Source: Callorhinchus milii (taxonomy: Eukaryota). Taken from it: 64,000 nt of DNA. Below the pieces are notes generated by a model. The model was not told where the DNA came from. It worked only from the letters and a program-made list of their open reading frames with translations, and searched no databases. Positions within the stretch are counted from its first letter, which is position 1; each line of letters begins with the position of its first letter. The position numbers were made by a program, and so were the translations under genes. Of this stretch, positions 57,001 through 64,000 are shown in pieces. Location: NCBI RefSeq assembly GCF_018977255.1, contig NW_024704757.1, forward strand, positions 15,748,001-15,812,000, written 5' to 3'.

Positions 57001-60000
57001 AGCTGCACAGTAAACATGGGACTCACCATAAAGTAGCAGGGCCACAATCTTAAAGACGATTATTTATAGACTGAAAAGTTTTGCTTCAGGGTCTAATCTA
57101 ACCTGGCTTCGAGATGTTTCTTTATCAATGTGAAAGGCATTATATAAATATAATTGTTGTTTGGTGCCAAAAATAGGCCAGAACAGAGATACTTAGAGAC
57201 ACAGACAATTTCCTACAGAAATTTCACTTGGGTCAAGTTAGTTCGGAACTGCCAGAAAAGGGCAAATTCTCAACGCAGCCTGAATTTTGCAGCTGATTTT
57301 ATGTCGGTTTCTTTTAAGATTTCAACAGTTGAGACTGATGGGAGTAAAACTCTGAAGAAATACCAAATCCACTTACCCTTCTCTTCCTGTATCCACTGGC
57401 CTCACCCCCTCTGGCAGTGACTCCTTGCCCAGTTTGCAAAGGTTCATTTTGGTTTCCAGTGTCATCTGCAAGGCCCCATTGTAGGCAATTTCCAAATCCA
57501 TCCACAGCCCTATGATGGGATGGACGGGACCAAAAAGAGACATGTCAGAACTTCGAAACATTCCCCACCTGGTCTCAAATGTTCTGGGACGCTGCCCTGC
57601 TTGTTGGGTGTTATAGGAAGGCAAGTTCTTGTTGTGCATTACAGGCTGGGTTGTGAGAACATTCAATACCACTAGCCTGCGACTACAGGATGGTAGAAGA
57701 CAAACTAGATGGACCTTGTTGTTTTTTGTCTAGCAATTCCTATGTTCCTATCTGCCTTACAAGACCCAGACCACAGCCAGAGTGAAGAGTGTGAATGCGA
57801 ATACTAGAATGTGAGTTCATCTCTAAGTTTCAGGTTTGAGTTTCAGGTTCACCCATTCGGAAATCTGGACAGACTTGTTTCTACAGGCATCTCCCACTCT
57901 CTCTCAACACTGTCCCTCCCTCAATCTTCTTTCTTTCAAACCAACATTTCCACAGGAATCAAATGGACTGACTGTGCGCTGAGGGGAGGCTTGAGGAATT
58001 ATTTCCAGCATCTGAACCACAGATGGAAGATGACATGATTGAGCTGCGGCTGCTGATTAAACCCTTGCTTAATCCAGATAAACACAACCAGGCACATATG
58101 TGGGTCGGTGGCTAAAAGCCAGGCCATTTTCATCACTATTTTTATACATGGGACGAGGCAAAAGATCGTTTTGATGGATGGATGGGAATAATTTGCTGAC
58201 TATTTCCAAAGGTTGCGGATTTCAGTGTAACCTCTTTGCTAAGGGATTCATAATCACTGGATTACGCAGTCAAAAATTCCCCAAACATCCACTGAGTGCA
58301 AAGAATTTATGGAAAATGCATTAAAATATCAGAAAGAAGAATAAATCAAATGGAGCCAAGGTGGAGTGTGTGGCAGTACAGCCACAAGCTATAGAGGCTT
58401 TGGGAGGAGTTGGTAAAGATCCCACAACACTTCAAAAAGAGAAAAGAGTTTGTTTCTCTCTCTCCTGGTGTCCTGGCCCACAATACCCCCAAATAAAATT
58501 GGTCACTCGCTCCTTGCCTCTTTGTGGGACACTGCTGTTCGCAAAACTAGCTGCCGCGTTTCACCCACAGAATACACAAGTCAATCCACTTTACAGTATA
58601 TCCCATGAAGCGCTTTGAGACATCTCGATGACCTGATAAGGCGCGAAAGCAAATGCAAAGATTATAACCTTCTGGAAGAAGTTCTTCTGAACTATTATTC
58701 CCCCAAAAGAGCAAAACAACAACACCACCAACAAGATTACATTTGTATAGCGCCTTTCACGTCGAGAGGACGTGCCAAGGCGCTGGACAGTGACAGCATT
58801 TCAGACCTGAGCTGTGGTCAGCGGGGAGAGGGGAGGGGAAGGGGGGTGACCAATGGCATAGTTGAAGAGGAGGGTTTTGAGGCGGGACTTGAAGGAGGCT
58901 AAGGAGGGGCGAGGATGAGCGAAGGGAAGAAACTGCAAGTGATTCTAATAAACCGACTTCACAGATCAGCTTTGGAGCAATGAAGTTGAGAGGTCAACAC
59001 TCGTTTCTTAGCGTTACAGTACAACGGAGTTGAGAGCAACAACAGACAGGAAACTCACTCACCTTTCTGATTGACAGATGGACTGGAAGTGCTGATGATC
59101 ACAGGCATCAGTGTCCCCATGTCCAGCTCGGTCAGCGTCAGCTCATTCATAAAGTAAGGCAGCTGCAGTGGAACACAAATGTGCACAGAGCCACTTAAAC
59201 CGTTTTCATTCTATTGAGTTATTCATATGATTATTTATTGATTAATGATTAGAAATATTAGCTGGCAAGCGGTTCACTTTGAATCTATTGGACGAAGAGG
59301 AATTAGAGAGATAAAGTTAGCCGCAATTCATAACAAGTTTGATTATAATAATAATCCTTGCGTTTGATATAGCGCCTTATCACATCTTTGACCACAAAAT
59401 ATACAGTCAATTCACTTTACAGCGTATCCTGTGAAGCGCTTTGAGACATCTCAAAGACGAGATAAGGCGCTAAACCAAATGCAGGGATTATTATTAGTAT
59501 TATAATGCATTTTGCAAAGACGAGCTGCCCAGTGTGGTGCATTATAGCCTGAGATGGAAGTTAGTTCCAGCAATAGTGTTCGTCATGAATGACTGCATTC
59601 AAGGACGGTCAAACGCAGAGCAGGTTAGGTGGGATCCCAAAGCTACATTTTGCCTTGGAAACATAACCTGCTGTCATCAGAGGCAACGCAGGCACCGCTG
59701 TCATGGTGATGGGCCAAATTTGGCCTGATACCATAGTGATGTTTCACCCCACTTGCCAATTTGGAGGAAACTCCAAATGGCAAACATGGCAGTCATTGTC
59801 TCTCATTGTCCTTTCCCCGTCCCTCCCTATTCTATGTCAATTGGAGACTCGCACTTCTCTTGGAGACTTTGTGCATTAATAATTTATATTGTTTGCTTAT
59901 TTGCTTTGACATTAACCTTCTCGTCAAAGTGAGAATCAAGGTCTTTACCATCTGCCTGTGCAGACGGACACTGGAGATCCCATGGTGCTAGTCGAAAACT

Positions 60001-63000
60001 GAGGTGAGTTTCCCCGGTGTCCTGGCCAGCAACCCTTCAGATCACATTGGCCATTCACTTCATCATAATAATAGTAATAATCCTTGTATTTGATACAGCG
60101 CCTTATCATGTCTTTGTAACGTCTCAAAACCCTTCACAGAATAGATTGTAAAGTAAATTTAATGGTATGTTTTGTGGGTGAAACACGGCAGTCAATTGCA
60201 CACAGCAGGGTCCCACAAACAGTTGTGGATTGATACCATATTATTTTTTTGGAGGTAGGGGGTGGGGGGTATCAGTACGGAGGTGGGATGAAAACTCTGG
60301 CTCAGCTTACCCTGATTTTGCTCAGTTTCTTCTGAACTTTGAAGCAGACCTGGTCGGCCCAGTACTTTTCCCGTAAAAAGTCCCAGAAAATCCGTCCAAT
60401 CGCCACGTTGATCCAGGACACCTGGGGCTCTTTGTTGACTGGAGTTTCACCTACGATCTGAGGAGCAGAGAGATCAAACATCAGCTTGGGCAACCCAGTC
60501 TAATACAACAATAACAGCAACAACGCACCGATACACCACCGAACCTCTGCTTTGCTGTGCCAGGGCTGAATAATTGCTCTCGCTGTTTGGCTGACTGTTT
60601 TCAGACACTGACGGCTTTGAAGTCATGCAACATTTCAGCTCCTAAATGTACAATGCACTGCAGAACGTCTATGATACCATCAGACCTTTAGCATCCCAGG
60701 GTTCATTCATTCCTAAAGCCAGGTAACAGTGAACGTGTAATGCCTCTTTACACACTTGCATCAGACACAAAGCTTGAGGTTGACATCTGGCATTCGACTA
60801 TTTAAAGCCCAACCCAAAAGCTCAATCATTTTGCTTTGAAAGGTAAATGTAAGGATAGGCCGTTCACCCGTTACCGGTGCAATAATTCAGCTAGAATCCG
60901 TAGTCAATCACTGTCCTCCCACACGACTGTGCGCCGAGCATTTTCATGGCAAATACTGGCAATTGATCACCTTCAAAAGGCCTCCAAGGTCTTGCTCAGC
61001 CGTGCAAAAAGAGGGACAGAAACTGCTCCATCGGCATTTGAACAGGTGGACGAGCGATAAAATACGCCTGATCTAAATGTCTAAAGGTTTCTGATGTTCT
61101 CTGAAGGGCAGTTTTAAGCCAGCTCCGGAAATTGAGCCTGAAGTTGAAGAATTGTGCAAAATTTGTGCACACTCTGAAAAGCCCAAGAAAATGTGAATGA
61201 ACGTACTCCGTGGAGTCCTGTAGTGTAGTGGTTAGAGCACTCGCCTCGCGAGCGAAAGGAGCTGGGTTCGATTCCCGGGCGGGGTGAAACGTTAGGCAAA
61301 TTTCTTTACGCCGCACGCCTCTGTTTAACTTGCAGTAAGAAGGAACTTGGTTGGTAGTTGATTGGCGGAACACTTTTCCAGAGGTAAACATCCTTTTTAA
61401 AAAATATTTGGTCACTCAATCCATGACTGTTCGTGGGACACTGCTGCGTGCAATTTGCTGCTGAATTGTGCACAGATGCATGTCCCTGACGTGCAAACTA
61501 ATCTGCTTCTGACAGAACTCTATTTGGTACCCAGCTTGGTTCTCAGCCCATTGCTCTTATTAAACCATGACAAGTCCATCAAGCTAATCACACTCTTCAG
61601 CACCGAATGACTACAATTACCCGGGGTGACCTCTCTTCGGAGGGCTCGGCTGACTTGTGGTCGCCAGGTAACAGCCTTAGGATCAGAGAAATCAGCTGTA
61701 ATTTCGGAAACCAAGGTGCCAATTACATCAGTCACCGCTTTTCTTTCTTATTTTCTTACCTCAACCCACAGAGTGATGAGCTCCCGTTAACTGCTTGCGG
61801 GTTTTATATATAATCCTTGCATTTGATACAGCGCCTGATCACGTTTTTGAGACGTCTCAAAGCGCTTCACAGAATATACTGTAAAGTGAATTGACTATTT
61901 TGTGGGGGAATCGTGGCAGCCAATTGCGCACAGCAGTGTCCCACTAACAGTTGTAGATTCAGTGACCAACTTATTTATTTTGAAGGAATTATTACCCACA
62001 GAAAAGTGATCCGCCAATCGACTAACAACTGGGTTTGTATTTACTGCTGGGTAACAGAGGTGTATGAAGTAAGGAAACTTATCTAACGTTTTGCCCTGAC
62101 CGGGAATCGAACCTGGGTTCTCTCGCTTGCGAGGCGAGTGCTCTAACCACTACGATGGAGGGAGTCCACTTTGCTGACGTCTGCTGTGACCTACCTTTTT
62201 CCTGTGGGTGGGGCTGCTGTTGGTACTGTGACAAGGACTCAGCAGGGGGCTGGAGTTGTCGGAGAGGGTGAACTTGGCCATATAGGTGTTGTAGTCCAGC
62301 AGGATCTTCTGCCTGATGTTGCCGGCCAGATCCTTGGTTTTGAAGAGAGAGGAGAGGTCCTCAGTGCTGTCTCTGCTGCTGCAGTCGCTGTGAGCCAGCC
62401 TCCCCGAGGGGATAGCACTGCGATTCTGCGTCAAACCTGCGAATGTACATCAAGCCACGCAAGGGTTGGATTAACCAATAAACTAGGAAACCATGGTTCC
62501 CGCTCTGGGTATGGTTGGTGCCCTTCTTTCCCTTCACTCTCCATGCTGCCTCATGCCTTATAAACGTTGTGAGCGGCAGCACAGAGAACAAGAGGAAGGT
62601 GGCACCATTAATAGCCCATTGCACCCCCAAAGTGATATATATTTTCCAGCAATCTGCGGCTGTTTGTGGGACTCTGCTGTGTGCTATTAGCTCCTGTGTT
62701 TCACCCACAAAAAATATACAGGGACTATGCTTTACAACATATTCTGTGAAGCGCTTTAAGACGTCTCGAAGACTTGATAAAGCACAATTTCAAATGGAAG
62801 CATTATTATTATTATTATCAAGTTCATCATCAGCCACCTCTACAATAGTAATTCTGCATCAACTGCTCACACACACACAACCATAACTAAAATCAATATG
62901 AAGTGTTGGTGTGTTATTACCAGATTTCCCAGGTTCTCCGCTGGTGGGCTGCCTGTCTTCTGACTGGAATCTGGAAGCCAGCAGGAAGTGTCTGAACCAT

Positions 63001-63592
63001 TCCTCCTTGTCCCTGCCTGTTCTCCCGAACAAGAACAGGGCACTTACTCTACCTTCGCTGGGAGGTCTGAGGGTGACGTCTGGGGTCAGGGCTCCCCTTG
63101 TGTTGTCCACTATCTCCTCTTGGTCCTCACTGTCGCTCTCACTTTTCCACTCCTGGTTTGCAGACTCCATGAGTCTGTCCTCTGGCTCAGACTCGGGCTC
63201 GCTCAGTAAGATACGGATGGGATATTTCTTATTCCACATTCTTTTTTTGGCGAGGCCGGGCGGGACAAGTGAAATCTGCAATGACCGACAGAGAGAGAGA
63301 GAGAGTTCATATGACAGGGGTTTGTGAAGACTGAGTGGAGTTTTAGGAACGATGGGAGTGGAGGAGCGTTTTGAAGAACATTGTAACCTACCTTGCTCTC
63401 AGCCAGGTCGTAAGATCGATGGCTGATGAACACCACATCATGTTTGACCTCATCAAAGGTTGCCCATCGAGAGATCTTGCTCTTTGGGTAGGAGAGCTTC
63501 AGCAATGGGCCCTCCAGGGTCACATAGACTGAATGGGTCAACGAGGGATGGTACATCTCAGGGTCGTAGTTGTAGATTTCATTCATCCAGCC
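54034..63592 (-). CDS. TEX2: Testis-expressed protein 2-like (PH-like + SMP lipid-transfer domain), 3' ten exons; 5' part lies outside the window
   Basis: Exons 63592-63392 (GWMNEIYNYDPEMYHPSLTHSVYVTLEG), 63275-62921 (LFGRTGRDKEEWF), 62436-62195, 60457-60311 (WINVAIGRIFWDFL), 59162-59063 (LPYFMNELTLTELDMG), 57509-57377, 56294-56157 (LADSDEESSSAGSSEED), 55420-55208, 54760-54640, 54171-54034 (KVFVMPNMDDIYIPIMHSG..TAG). Probably the tex2-like paralog rather than the TEX2 ortholog, judged from neighbours. Confidence 0.9.
61212..61465 (+). mobile_element. SINE 5' part with intact Pol III A and B boxes
   Basis: GGAGTCCTGTAGTGTAGTGGTTAGAGCACTCGCCTCGCGAGCG..GGTTCGATTCCC continuing into the SINE body. 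Confidence 0.85.
61810..62152 (-). mobile_element. Full-length tRNA-derived SINE
   Basis: Same family as the 61212 copy, in inverted orientation to it. Confidence 0.85.
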
Positions 63593-64000
63593 CTGGAATA
63601 AGCAAGAGGGTAAAGAGCATTTGAAAGGGCAATGGATTCTCCTTTTGTTACTGCTATCATGACTGTCTGTGGGACAATGCTGAGCGCAATTGGCTGCCGC
63701 ATTTCGATATGGGGCAATGCGGGTATTTGGAGTTGAGGTACAGCTGAGCCATGATCTAATAGAATGGCGGAACAGGCCCGAGGGGGTTGAATGGCCTCCT
63801 CCTGTTCGCATGTTCCTATCAGCTGCGGTGCAAGAAATCAGCACAACGGTGTCAACAATACAGTCAATGGTTAATCACTAGCACAGACGTCCGCTCAGCG
63901 GTGCCAGCCTGCTGAGTATTTTACAAACTAGCTTTCACGTCCTAAGCAGCTGCTATTAAAGATCAGTGAGAATATTTAAAGCAAAGAAAAAGGTTCGGCT

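Noticed and set aside
61212-61290. tRNA-like sequence (Ala-like CGC loop) with A and B boxes
   Set aside because: The acceptor stem is imperfect and the sequence runs straight into a SINE body; many diverged copies occur in the window.

Overview
Eukaryotic (vertebrate) genomic DNA. The repeat content (tRNA-derived Deu-type SINEs, L2/CR1 LINE tails) suggests a cartilaginous fish, possibly a chimaera; this is inference. The window is the block syntenic to human 16p13.3: NOXO1 (+, 8 coding exons), TBL3/UTP13 (-, 23 coding exons), RNF151 (+), a SNORA78 host ncRNA (-, SNHG9-like) head-to-head with RPS2 (+, intronic SNORA10/64-family snoRNA), NDUFB10 (-), a frameshifted single-exon relic of RPL3L (+), and the 3' ten exons of a TEX2-like SMP-domain gene (-). 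Exon boundaries were read by eye from GT-AG sites and reading-frame continuity. Most notable: (1) an intact divergent Nogo-receptor (RTN4R)-like LRR gene with a probable transmembrane rather than GPI anchor, between RNF151 and RPS2; (2) the RPL3L unitary pseudogene; (3) nine YY1 consensus sites at the NDUFB10 promoter; (4) duplicated candidate start exon and acceptor modules at RNF151 and the LRR gene. No prokaryotic-type systems such as CRISPR are present.
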